A stretch of DNA of 63,576 bases, filler included. It is 3 parts of 3 records of this genome, joined end to end, with 100 filler letters (N's around TTAATTAATTAA, not from the genome) between each part and the next. Parts side by side here need not be neighbours in the genome. Positions count along the whole stretch, not along the records: positions 1 to 27,507 come from SRR2962707_1427; 2 more parts are not named here. One strand, written 5' to 3'. The notes under the pieces are model-generated. The model did not search any database. It had not been told where the DNA came from and saw nothing but the letters and a program-made list of their open reading frames with translations. Position numbers and translations under genes: made by a program. Shown here piece by piece: positions 1 to 9,218 of this stretch (position 1 is its first letter; every line of letters begins with the position of its first letter).

Positions 1-180
1 CATGTCGTGGCCGCGCGGCTCGAACATCAGTCCGGTCCGGATCCAGTCATACTCGGCCAGGAAATGCGCGCGCTTTTCCAGCATGGTGTCGCCCTTGAGG
101 ATGGGCCCGCCGCCGGCAACCAGACGCACCGGATTGCCGCAGGTATGACCGTCGATGCACTGGAACGTATGTTGGCTCAT
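1..180 (-). CDS. Proline racemase family / probable 4-hydroxyproline 2-epimerase, N-terminal part (runs off the window start)
   Basis: Not in the ORF track. Manual translation from ATG at 180: MSQHTFQCIDGHTCGNPVRLVAGGGP...WIRTGLMFEPRGHDM, with the family motifs IDxHTxGxP and EPRGH. Confidence 0.9.
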   Translation of the reverse strand, partial: MSQHTFQCIDGHTCGNPVRLVAGGGPILKGDTMLEKRAHFLAEYDWIRTGLMFEPRGHDM

Positions 181-190
181 CAGACTCTTC

Positions 191-1423
191 TCAAAAACGG
201 GTTGCGCGGAACGGCGTGATATCGATGGCCGGCGGCACACCATCCACGAGGTCGGCGATGATTTCGGCGGTGCCCGCCGATTGAGTGAGCCCCAGGTGCC
301 CATGACCGAACGCCAGAATGACACGGGAATGCCCAGGTGCAACATCGATGACCGGCAGGCTGTCGGGCATCGAGGGCCGGAACCCCATCCAGTGGTGGCC
401 GCCGGTGGTCCTCAGGTCGGGCAGAAACCGTGCCGCCTTGGCAAGCAGGGCATCGGCACGGCTCATGCGCGGCGCGAGATCGAGCCCGCCAAGTTCCACG
501 CCGCCACCGACGCGAATGCCGTCGCCGATGCGGCTCACTACAAAACCATGACCGGCGAAGGTCACATGGGTGCGCAGATCGAAAGCGCCTTCCGGCAGGG
601 TGACGTTATAGCCGCGCTCGGTTTCGAGCGGGAGGCTCAGCCCGAGTTGCCTTGTCAGCCGGTTCGAATGGGCGCCTGCGGCGACGACGACTTTATCGAA
701 GGCACGATTTACGTCCGTCCCAGTCAGCTCCACGCCGCTTTCGGCGGGCTTGAGCGCTCCGATTTCGGCCCGAACCAGGGTGGCGCCGCGACTCTGTGCC
801 ATCTCGGCCAGTCTGTTGGTCCACACGGCGGGATCGGTGACGTTCTTCCAATCTGGCGTGAAGCCCGCATGGGTAAAGCGAGGCGAAAGACCGGGCTGGA
901 TTTCCGCAATCTCTTCGGCGCGCGTCAGGAAGTCGAACTTTACACCGACGGCGCGGCGCTCTTCCCAGCCCGGCAGGCTGGCCCTGAACTCGCGCTCGCC
1001 CTCATAGAGCTGCAATTGCCCTTCGCGGCGCAGCAATGGCTCAAGATCATGGGTAGCTACCAACCGCTCGAGAGCGGCCGCCGAATGGCCCATGAGGGCG
1101 CCTTGCGCTGCGACCGCGGCCCGATAACGGGCGGGCAGGCTCGCTTTGAAGAAGGCCAAGAGCCAGGGCGCAATCTTTAACGCATAGGCGGGAGGAATGG
1201 AGAGCGGCCCGTTTGGATCGAGCAGCCAGGCGGGGGCTTTTTTCATGATGCCGGGCGTTGCCAGCGGGATCACATCGGCAAAGGCAAACGCACCGGCATT
1301 GCCGCCCGAGGCGCCAGCCGCGACGGATTCGCGGTCGAAAATCGTGACGGCGTGCCCGCGTTCGGCCAGGGCAAGCGCGGTTGTCACGCCTATGATCCCT
1401 GCTCCGATCACCGCGACATGCAT
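191..1423 (-). CDS. FAD-dependent D-amino acid dehydrogenase (DadA family), probable D-hydroxyproline dehydrogenase
   Basis: VIGAGIIG Rossmann motif, GASGGNAG, WMGFRPSMPDSLP and GHGHLGLT; start taken at MHVAVIG with GGAGG upstream; epimerase and DHDPS-family neighbours. Confidence 0.85.
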   Translation of the reverse strand: MHVAVIGAGIIGVTTALALAERGHAVTIFDRESVAAGASGGNAGAFAFADVIPLATPGIMKKAPAWLLDPNGPLSIPPAYALKIAPWLLAFFKASLPARYRAAVAAQGALMGHSAAALERLVATHDLEPLLRREGQLQLYEGEREFRASLPGWEERRAVGVKFDFLTRAEEIAEIQPGLSPRFTHAGFTPDWKNVTDPAVWTNRLAEMAQSRGATLVRAEIGALKPAESGVELTGTDVNRAFDKVVVAAGAHSNRLTRQLGLSLPLETERGYNVTLPEGAFDLRTHVTFAGHGFVVSRIGDGIRVGGGVELGGLDLAPRMSRADALLAKAARFLPDLRTTGGHHWMGFRPSMPDSLPVIDVAPGHSRVILAFGHGHLGLTQSAGTAEIIADLVDGVPPAIDITPFRATRF

Positions 1424-1478
1424 GGTATTTCGATCCTCCCTTGAGCCCTGCACCCTCTATATCCATGGGCGCGATTTG

Positions 1479-1508
1479 TGTCGACAAAGAAAATATTGAT
1501 TATCGACA
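1479..1508. promoter_or_regulatory. Candidate GntR operator sites (TGTCGACA 1479-1486, TATCGACA 1501-1508) in the divergent promoter region
   Basis: Palindrome TGTCGACA, repeated at 2339-2346 upstream of the DHDPS-family gene. Confidence 0.6.
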
Positions 1509-1564
1509 TCTTTCCTGCTTGATGATCCATCCCTATGAATGGGCGTAAACCAACAGGTGACGGC

Positions 1565-2287
1565 ATGGCCAGAGACACTACGCAGGTGAAAGCCGAGGGG
1601 ACCGAAACACCCAAACGCGGGTCGGGCTCGGCCCATGTCTATAAAGTGCTGCGCAACGAGATCGTTGACCTCGCCCTAGCCCCCGGCAGTCCCATGGACG
1701 AATTGCAGCTGGCCGAGCGGTTTTCGCTCTCACGCACACCGATCCGGGAGGCTCTTGTGCGTTTATCGGTCGAGGGGCTGATTACCACCCTGCCCAACCG
1801 GGCGACAATCGTTTCCAACATCGACTTTCTGAACCTTTCCCAGTTTTTCGATGCGCTCACGCTGATGTATCGCGTCACCACCCGGCTGGCCGCAGGCCAT
1901 CACAACCCCGACGACATCGCCCGCATGCGCGCCAAGCAGGAAGAGTTCACCCGCGCCGTAGATGCCCGCGACGCCCTTGCCTTGATCGCGACGAACCGGG
2001 ACTTTCACCTCGAAATCGCGCGGGCTGGTGGCAACAATTACTACACCGAGCTTTTTACGCGGCTGCTCGACGAGAACCGGCGGATCCTGCGGCTTTACTA
2101 TTCCTCATTCAACGACGAGCTGCCGCGCAGATATGTTATCGAGCATGACCAGATGATCGCCGCAATCGCTGCGCGCGACATCGAGGAGGCCGATCGGCTG
2201 GCCAGCGCTCATGCAGAGCAGATCGTTACCCAGATCCAATCCTACATAACCGCCGACAAGCGGGTGAACGCCAGATTGCCTCTGTAG
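1565..2287 (+). CDS. GntR/FCD family transcriptional regulator (hydroxyproline-regulator-like)
   Basis: wHTH LAERFSLSRTPIREAL and FCD domain NRDFHLEIA...EHDQMIAAI. Confidence 0.9.
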   Translation: MARDTTQVKAEGTETPKRGSGSAHVYKVLRNEIVDLALAPGSPMDELQLAERFSLSRTPIREALVRLSVEGLITTLPNRATIVSNIDFLNLSQFFDALTLMYRVTTRLAAGHHNPDDIARMRAKQEEFTRAVDARDALALIATNRDFHLEIARAGGNNYYTELFTRLLDENRRILRLYYSSFNDELPRRYVIEHDQMIAAIAARDIEEADRLASAHAEQIVTQIQSYITADKRVNARLPL

Positions 2288-2338
2288 CGCTTCCCAGGGA
2301 ACGGCGTAGCGCCACAAAGACGGTGCATCCGAAATTTC

Positions 2339-2346
2339 TGTCGACA
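2339..2346. promoter_or_regulatory. Second TGTCGACA candidate GntR operator
   Basis: Identical to 1479-1486, intergenic, upstream of the gene at 2421. Confidence 0.55.
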
Positions 2347-2420
2347 AATAAAATACAAGCGGTATTATGGTTCAAACTCGGCAAGCAGCCGACCGTAATC
2401 AAGATCGAGGAGAAGCCGAG

Positions 2421-3380
2421 ATGGCTGCCATTTTTTCAGGATGCATTCCTGCCCTGATGACCCCTTGCACACCGGACCGGACGCCCGATTTCGACGCTCT
2501 GGTGCGCAAGGGCCAGGAGCTGATCGCGGCCGGGATGAGCGCCGTCGTCTATTGCGGGTCGATGGGCGATTGGCCGCTTCTGACCGATGCCGAGCGCATG
2601 GAAGGCGTTGAACGCCTCGTGGGCGCGGGCATCCCGGTGATCGTGGGAACCGGCGCCATCAACACGGCCTCGGCCGTTGCAATTTCCGCGCATGCCCAGA
2701 CGGTGGGCGCACAGGGGCTTATGGTGATCCCACGCGTCCTGTCGCGCGGTCCCTCAGCCACTGCGCAACGCCACCACTTCAAAGCCATCCTTTCGGCTGC
2801 GCCCGACCTGCCCGCTGTGATCTACAACAGCCCCTATTATGGTTTCGCCACACGCGCCGACCTGTTCTTTGCGCTGCGTGAGGATCACAAGAACCTTGTT
2901 GGCTTCAAGGAATTCGGCGGCGCCGATTCCCTGACCTACGCTGCCGAAAACATCACGAGCCGGGACGATGAGGTCTCCCTCATGATCGGGGTCGATACCA
3001 CCGTCTTCCATGGCTTTGTCAATTGCGGGGCTTCGGGCGCCATCACCGGGATCGGCAATGTCCTGCCCCGCGAAGTGCTCCATCTTTGCGCACTGTCCCG
3101 CGCGGCGGCGGCCGGCGAGGTCGAAGCCCGCCAGCGCGCGCTCGAACTCGAAAGCGCGCTTGGCGTGCTGTCCTCGTTCGATGAAGGCCCCGACCTCGTG
3201 CTGTTTTACAAGCATCTGATGGCCGTGAAAGGCGACAGCGAATATGCCCTGAACTTCAACGAAACCGACGCCCTGACCGACAGCCAGCGCGGCTTCGCCG
3301 AAAACCAGCTCCGTCTGTTCGATACGTGGTATGCGCAGTGGAACAAGCTGCCGGGGGCTGTTCAGACCTATACAGTCTGA
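2421..3380 (+). CDS. Dihydrodipicolinate synthase family protein, probable pyrroline-4-hydroxy-2-carboxylate deaminase
   Basis: GCIPALMTP, GSMGDW, IYNSPYY and LVGFKEFGG (Schiff-base Lys); SD GAGGAG before ATG 2421. Confidence 0.85.
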   Translation: MAAIFSGCIPALMTPCTPDRTPDFDALVRKGQELIAAGMSAVVYCGSMGDWPLLTDAERMEGVERLVGAGIPVIVGTGAINTASAVAISAHAQTVGAQGLMVIPRVLSRGPSATAQRHHFKAILSAAPDLPAVIYNSPYYGFATRADLFFALREDHKNLVGFKEFGGADSLTYAAENITSRDDEVSLMIGVDTTVFHGFVNCGASGAITGIGNVLPREVLHLCALSRAAAAGEVEARQRALELESALGVLSSFDEGPDLVLFYKHLMAVKGDSEYALNFNETDALTDSQRGFAENQLRLFDTWYAQWNKLPGAVQTYTV

Positions 3381-3577
3381 GCGCAACCAAACGGGCCGAT
3401 TGGCTTCGTAGATTGATTTGCTATGGGCTGGCGCTGTAAACGCCGGCCCATACTTTTTTGGGGGCGCGAGAACGAGGGACGGGGCGGGCCACCAACGCCG
3501 CCTTCCGGCCGATCGGCTCTACGACATCGCTCCATCCATAACGAATTCGCCCGCCGCACTTTACAGGTGCAACCTCG

Positions 3578-3595
3578 TTTGGTAACGTTCCCAAA
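3578..3595. promoter_or_regulatory. LacI-type operator TTTGGTAACGTTCCCAAA upstream of the LacI gene
   Basis: Near-perfect palindrome with central CG; a perfect copy lies at 4727-4742. Confidence 0.7.
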
Positions 3596-3627
3596 AATGG
3601 GAGGAAGCGGTTTATCCGCACAGCGGG

Positions 3628-4680
3628 ATGTCCACGCGCCGAAACAAGCAGCCAACGATCATAGACATTGCGGAAGTCGCGAGTGTTTCCAAAAGCACCG
3701 TCGCGCGCGCTCTGTCGGGATCGCCCCACATAGGGGAAAAGACGCGGGAGCGCGTGCTCAGCGCCGTGCGGGCGCTTGGTTATGAGCGCAACCACCTCGC
3801 CCATTCGCTGCGTTCGGGCAAAACCGGGCTGATCGGCCTTGTGATCCCCGACATCGCCAATCCGTTCTGGGCCGAAGTGGCCCGTGGCGCCCAGGATGCA
3901 GCGGCGGCAAGCGGGGCTTCACTCCTGATTTTCAGCTCCGACTGGGATCCCGACCGCGAGGCCCACCACCTGCGCGCCCTGCGCCAGGCCCGGGTCGACG
4001 GTGCCATCGTCAATCCGGTTGCAGACAATGTGGACGGACTGGGCCGGTTCGGCCTCCCCGTGGTGCTTATCGGATCGAGCGCCGAGCGCTTTCCCGAGCT
4101 CTCCAGCGTGGGCAGCGACATCGCACAGGGCGTTGCCCTGGGCCTCGATCACCTTGCCAGTCTTGGCCATCACCGCCCGGCGCTGCTGGTCGGTTCGGCA
4201 AACCGGCTGGCCCGCGTGCGCTTCATGCGCGTGGTTCATGATTATTGCATTGCCCACGATATCGACCCGGCAACGCTGGTGATCGAAGAGGGAAGCTATA
4301 CTGTCGAATCGGGACGGGCGGCGATGTTGCGCCTTCTGGAGCGCGACCCGAAGGCAGCGCGGTGCGTGTTTGCCGCCAACGATCTCATGGCGCTCGGCGC
4401 GCTTCTGGCCGTGCGCGAAGCGGGATTGCGCTGCCCCGATGATATATCGATCCTGGGCTTTGACGGCATCCCCGCCGCGGCCTTTTCCGATCCGGGCCTC
4501 ACCACAATTGAAAAGCCGGCCCGTGCCATCGGGGTCGAGGGCATGCGCTTGCTGACCGAGACGATCGAAGGCCAACTCGAGCACCGCCGCGTCCTTTTGG
4601 ACTGCGCGCTCACCTCACGCGGTTCGCTGGCCAGTACCAACGACAGCCCGACCCGCCTGATGGCTGTGGGGAGCAACTAG
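3628..4680 (+). CDS. LacI family transcriptional regulator
   Basis: PTIIDIAEVASVSKSTVARAL HTH, hinge AHSLRSG, NDLMALG and DISILGFDG. Confidence 0.95.
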   Translation: MSTRRNKQPTIIDIAEVASVSKSTVARALSGSPHIGEKTRERVLSAVRALGYERNHLAHSLRSGKTGLIGLVIPDIANPFWAEVARGAQDAAAASGASLLIFSSDWDPDREAHHLRALRQARVDGAIVNPVADNVDGLGRFGLPVVLIGSSAERFPELSSVGSDIAQGVALGLDHLASLGHHRPALLVGSANRLARVRFMRVVHDYCIAHDIDPATLVIEEGSYTVESGRAAMLRLLERDPKAARCVFAANDLMALGALLAVREAGLRCPDDISILGFDGIPAAAFSDPGLTTIEKPARAIGVEGMRLLTETIEGQLEHRRVLLDCALTSRGSLASTNDSPTRLMAVGSN

Positions 4681-4683
4681 CCA

Positions 4684-5661
4684 ATGAGCACGGACGAAAA
4701 AGAACTCGCCTCAACGATATCCAATTTTGGGAACGTTCCCAATAAGTCCAAGAGCGTGCCACGACATGTGGCCTTCGGCCTCAAACTGCGGACATGGTGG
4801 CCCTACTACGCGATGATGGCTCCCGGCATCGTCTACTTTCTGGTGTTCCATTATTTCCCCATCTATCAGGCCAAGCTGGCCTTCGAGGATTTCCGGATTT
4901 TCGGAGACAACCTCTTTGTGGGCCTGAAGCACTTCGACACCCTGTTTGACTCTCCGGCGTTCTTTCAGGTTCTGGCCAATACGCTGATCATCTCGGCCAT
5001 GAAGATGGTTTTCGTCTTCCCGATCCCCATCTTCATCGCACTCTTCATCAACGAAGTGCGCAGCACCAATCTGCGCCGCTTCATTCAGTCCGCGATCTAC
5101 CTGCCCCACTTCCTCTCCTGGGTGGTGATTGCCGGCATCTTCATTGCCGCGCTGTCGCCGTCCAGCGGCGTTGTCAACGACATCGGACAGGCGCTCGGGT
5201 TTGCGCCGCGGGCTTTCATGACGGAATCCGGCTCCATTCGCTGGGTCATCGTATTTTCCGAAATGTGGCGGACGGCGGGCTGGGACTCCCTGCTCTATTT
5301 CGCCGCAATCATGGCCATCGACCCGCAGCTTTACGATGCAGCGGAAATGGACGGCGCCAACCGGTGGCAAAAGATCGTCCACGTCACCCTGCCCGGTATC
5401 ACGCCGACCATTGCGACGCTTTTCATTCTCAATGTCGGCCTGTTCATGAATGCCGGGTTCGATCAGGTCTTCAACCTCTCCAACGACGCCATCCGCGATC
5501 AGATCGATATCATCGACACTTACGTCTATCGGATCGGTCTGCAGTCGGGCCAGTTCTCGCTGGCCACAGCCGCAGGCCTGTTCAAGGGCGTCATCGGCAT
5601 GGTGCTGATCGTTGCCGCGCATACCATTTCCAAGCGCCTGACCGGAAAGGGAGTTTGGTAA
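4684..5661 (+). CDS. Carbohydrate ABC transporter permease 1
   Basis: Multiple TM segments and EAA-like loop LYDAAEMDGANRWQ; start uncertain. Confidence 0.92.
   Translation: MSTDEKELASTISNFGNVPNKSKSVPRHVAFGLKLRTWWPYYAMMAPGIVYFLVFHYFPIYQAKLAFEDFRIFGDNLFVGLKHFDTLFDSPAFFQVLANTLIISAMKMVFVFPIPIFIALFINEVRSTNLRRFIQSAIYLPHFLSWVVIAGIFIAALSPSSGVVNDIGQALGFAPRAFMTESGSIRWVIVFSEMWRTAGWDSLLYFAAIMAIDPQLYDAAEMDGANRWQKIVHVTLPGITPTIATLFILNVGLFMNAGFDQVFNLSNDAIRDQIDIIDTYVYRIGLQSGQFSLATAAGLFKGVIGMVLIVAAHTISKRLTGKGVW
4727..4742. promoter_or_regulatory. Perfect LacI-type operator TTGGGAACGTTCCCAA
   Basis: 16-bp perfect palindrome matching 3579-3594 at 15/16. Confidence 0.7.
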
Positions 5662-5662
5662 T

Positions 5663-6559
5663 ATGGCCCGCGCCAATTCCACCCGTTTCGAACGCCTCGA
5701 ACAGACGATCATCGTATCGAGCCTGCTGCTCATGGTGGTCGTCACGGTTCAGCCGATCCTCAATCTTCTGGCCATATCGTTTTCGGATTCCGCCCAGGTG
5801 CCCGGAATGAGCGGGCTGGCCGTCATCCCCAGAGGCTTTTCGCTCGACGTCTGGACGCTCCTGATCGCCAATCCCGAAGTTCAACGCGGCCTTTTGAATT
5901 CGCTGTTCATCACGGTGACCGGCACGATCCTCAACGTCACCTTTACCGCGCTGATGGCGTGGGCGCTGTCCCGCCCACGGTTGCCCGGACGCCGCATCCT
6001 GTTCGTTTTTGTCCTGGCCACCATCGTTTTCGAGCCGGGATTGATCCCGGACTATTTCGTGGTGCGCGAACTGGGCCTGCTCAACACCTATTGGGCCGTC
6101 ATTCTCTATAAGCTCGTCAACGCCTGGTATCTGATCATCCTCATCCGGTTTTTTGAGGAAGTGCCGGGCGAACTGCTCGAAGCGGCAGAGCTCGACGGCG
6201 CCAATGCCTTCCAGACGCTGTGGAAAGTGGTGCTACCGCTGACCATGCCGGCACTGGCCACCATCACGCTGTTCTACCTCGTCTATCACTGGAACGAGTT
6301 CCTGCGCCCAATGATCTATCTCAACGATTCCAGCATGCATCCGCTGCAGGTCGTGCTGCGCAAGTTCGTTCTCGACGGCGACAAATCCTCGATGGTCGGG
6401 CTCGCGGCCATGTCGAACTATCAGGGCGCGGCCCAGATCAGCACGCGGGCGCTCAATGCCGGCATGATCATGCTGACCATCCTGCCCATTCTGGCGGTCT
6501 ATCCGCTGATCCTGAAATTCTTCACGAAGGGCACCATGAGCGGTGCCCTGAAGGGATAA
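5663..6559 (+). CDS. Carbohydrate ABC transporter permease 2
   Basis: LLEAAELDGA EAA loop, WNEF motif, C-terminal FTKGTMSGALKG. Confidence 0.92.
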   Translation: MARANSTRFERLEQTIIVSSLLLMVVVTVQPILNLLAISFSDSAQVPGMSGLAVIPRGFSLDVWTLLIANPEVQRGLLNSLFITVTGTILNVTFTALMAWALSRPRLPGRRILFVFVLATIVFEPGLIPDYFVVRELGLLNTYWAVILYKLVNAWYLIILIRFFEEVPGELLEAAELDGANAFQTLWKVVLPLTMPALATITLFYLVYHWNEFLRPMIYLNDSSMHPLQVVLRKFVLDGDKSSMVGLAAMSNYQGAAQISTRALNAGMIMLTILPILAVYPLILKFFTKGTMSGALKG

Positions 6560-6592
6560 CACAAGCAAAAATCCAACAAGGAGGAGGACCAG

Positions 6593-7990
6593 ATGCTTGC
6601 AAGACACCTTATGACCACGGTCGTTGCCGTGGCGACCACACTGAGTTTGGGAGGCGGCGTTCTCGCGCAGGACGCACCGACCGTAACGATCATCGCGCAC
6701 GAAAATCCCGGCGATGCCGAGCTTTTCGAGCGTATCGAAGCGGGCATGGCCGAGGCCGGCACGCCGGTCAATATCGAACTGGTCGGATTGCCCAGCTCGG
6801 GCTATGCCGACGCGCTCAGCCTGCGCCTTTTGTCGGGCGAAATCCCCGACATCATCTATTTCCAGGGCGCCGACGCCGAGTTTGCCAATCAGGGCATTCT
6901 TGAAGACCTGCGTCCGTGGATCGAGCAGTCGAGCTACATCAAGGACGCCATGTGGGCTCACAACGAAGCGCGTATGGAGAACTATCCCTACCTGCTCTAC
7001 ATCTTCCCGGCACGGACCAAATCGGCGGTGGTGCGGTCCGATTGGCTCGAGCAGAGCGGACTCCAAGCACCGACCAATCTCGATGAGTGGACCGCGTTCC
7101 TCACGGAGATGTCGCAATCCGATTTCGACGACAATGGCGAGGCGGACACATTCGGCATTCTGGCACCGGATAACACGGCCGAACTCGACGCCATCTTCAA
7201 CCAGTCGTTCGGCGTGTCCTCGACCTGGCTCGAAGACGAAAACGGCGAATTGATCCACGCCCGTGTTTCGGACGCGGAGCGTGACAAGCTGGCCTATTAC
7301 CAGATGCTCTACGCCGAAGGCATTCTCGATCCCGAATACGTCACGTCCAATTGGGAAGTGAAGGAAGACAAGTTCTATTCGGGGCGCGTTGCCGTCATCA
7401 TGGGGACTGCCGGTCCGGTGGTCGAGATCTACAGAACCAAGATGGCCGAAGCCAATCCGGGCGCCGATCTGGCGCTGCTCGATCCCCCCGACGGGCTCGA
7501 AGCGGTCAACGTCGCCAAGGAAGACCGTGGCTATGCCATCCACGCCATGAGCGAGAACAAGGAAGCCGCGTTTGCGGTGCTCGATTTCCTCGCCAGCCCG
7601 GAAGGCCAGTTCATCGACCGCATGGGCGTCGAGGGTGAACACTACACCCGCGATGGCGATACGTTCGAAATTCTCCCGGCCATGGGCGGATGGTATCCGC
7701 GCTTCTGGACGGCAAACCCTGAATACTGGACGCCGCCCGTCGCTCTGTTGTCGGACGTTGCCCAGGGCTCGCTCGAACAGGGTGCCGAATATTTCGTGGC
7801 TGACAACGCCTTTGTCTGGCCCGCGGATCTGGCACCGAGCGTCGATGCCGCCGAACAGTACTATCGCACCTCGGTGTTCCGCTTCGTCTCTGGCGAATGG
7901 TCGATGGACCAGTGGGACCAGTATGTCGAGGGCTGGTACGCCTCCGGGGGACAGGCGATGACCGATCACGCAAGGACCGTTCTTCCATGA
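6593..7990 (+). CDS. Carbohydrate ABC transporter extracellular solute-binding protein
   Basis: Signal peptide (..GVLA|QD), SGEIPDI, RSDWLEQSGL-PTNLDEW; strong SD GGAGGAGG. Confidence 0.92.
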   Translation: MLARHLMTTVVAVATTLSLGGGVLAQDAPTVTIIAHENPGDAELFERIEAGMAEAGTPVNIELVGLPSSGYADALSLRLLSGEIPDIIYFQGADAEFANQGILEDLRPWIEQSSYIKDAMWAHNEARMENYPYLLYIFPARTKSAVVRSDWLEQSGLQAPTNLDEWTAFLTEMSQSDFDDNGEADTFGILAPDNTAELDAIFNQSFGVSSTWLEDENGELIHARVSDAERDKLAYYQMLYAEGILDPEYVTSNWEVKEDKFYSGRVAVIMGTAGPVVEIYRTKMAEANPGADLALLDPPDGLEAVNVAKEDRGYAIHAMSENKEAAFAVLDFLASPEGQFIDRMGVEGEHYTRDGDTFEILPAMGGWYPRFWTANPEYWTPPVALLSDVAQGSLEQGAEYFVADNAFVWPADLAPSVDAAEQYYRTSVFRFVSGEWSMDQWDQYVEGWYASGGQAMTDHARTVLP

Positions 7991-9195
7991 CCACAATGCA
8001 GAACACGGGCCCGGCTTTTAACAGCCGGGTCCGCGGACTGCTCCATGGCGTCGCATTCGGCGACGCCATCGGGGCGCCCGTCGAAAAACTCACACCAGCC
8101 GAAATCGGGTCCATGTACGGGCGGGTCAATTCGCTCGACAATCAATGGCACCGCACCAGCCGCGACCCGGCTGCGGGCAATGGCCGCGTGCGGGGCAACG
8201 GCATCGTCACCGACGACACGCTGATGACCCTCTCGCTCATGGCCGTCTATAACGAGGTTGGCCGTCACATCGATGCGTGGGACATGGCCGATGGCATGGT
8301 GCGCCAGATCGCCTGGGTCAAACGCTACGTCCCCGAGCTCCAGCGCGAATGTCCGCTGCTCGAGCGCCTGTTTTATCCCGAAAAATGGATCTTCCAGCGC
8401 CATCAACTCTCCGGCTGCGATCCGCGCCAGGGTGGGATCGGCAACATGGTCAATTGCGGTGCAGCGATGTATATCGCGCCGATCGGGGTGGTGAACGCCT
8501 GCGATCCGCGCGCCGCCTATGACGAAGCCATTGCCTTCGCTTCGGGCCATCAGCAAAGTTACGGTCTCGAGGCGGCCGGGGTTCTGTCCGCCGCCGTCGC
8601 CGCCGCTTTCGTGCCGGGCACAACTATCGATACCGTCGTCGACGTCGCCTATGGCACCGCCAAAGACGGCACGCGCGCCGCAATCGGCGCCATTGCCGAG
8701 GTGGCAAAGGATTTGCGCGCCAGGGGTGCCGATCATGCAGAGGTGGTCGCGGCATTCCATAAATCCATCCTGCCCTTTTCGCCGCTTGGCGACGATCTGG
8801 ACCACACCGCCGCAAAGGCTGGTCGGCCAACCCAAAACTATCAGCCCTCGCGGTTTTATTCGATTGAAGAGCTGCCGCTGGCCCTCGGGTTCGCGCTCGT
8901 TGCCCATGGCGATTTTCGCCAGGCCGTCGAAGACGGGATCAATTCTGGGCGCGACACCGATTCCATCGGGGTCATGGCCGGCGCGATCCTTGGCGCGATG
9001 CACGGAGAAGCCGTCATCGATGCCGGTGAAGCCACCCAGATCGATACGATCAACCGCCTGGACCTCGCGGGCGAAGCGTCCCGCTTTGCGGCGACGTGCA
9101 GCACCATAATAAATGCCGACCAGAAGCGTCTGGAAAAGCTCGCCGCCGAGCGCGCGGCCATTTTCCACGCGCCTGCCGTTGCGGCGCAGAACTGA
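7987..9195 (+). CDS. ADP-ribosylglycohydrolase family protein
   Basis: GDAIGAP, TDDT and GRDTDSIG metal-binding motifs; ATGA overlap with the SBP stop. Confidence 0.9.
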   Translation: MTTMQNTGPAFNSRVRGLLHGVAFGDAIGAPVEKLTPAEIGSMYGRVNSLDNQWHRTSRDPAAGNGRVRGNGIVTDDTLMTLSLMAVYNEVGRHIDAWDMADGMVRQIAWVKRYVPELQRECPLLERLFYPEKWIFQRHQLSGCDPRQGGIGNMVNCGAAMYIAPIGVVNACDPRAAYDEAIAFASGHQQSYGLEAAGVLSAAVAAAFVPGTTIDTVVDVAYGTAKDGTRAAIGAIAEVAKDLRARGADHAEVVAAFHKSILPFSPLGDDLDHTAAKAGRPTQNYQPSRFYSIEELPLALGFALVAHGDFRQAVEDGINSGRDTDSIGVMAGAILGAMHGEAVIDAGEATQIDTINRLDLAGEASRFAATCSTIINADQKRLEKLAAERAAIFHAPAVAAQN

Positions 9196-9218
9196 CACCT
9201 AATTTTACAGGACTTTTG

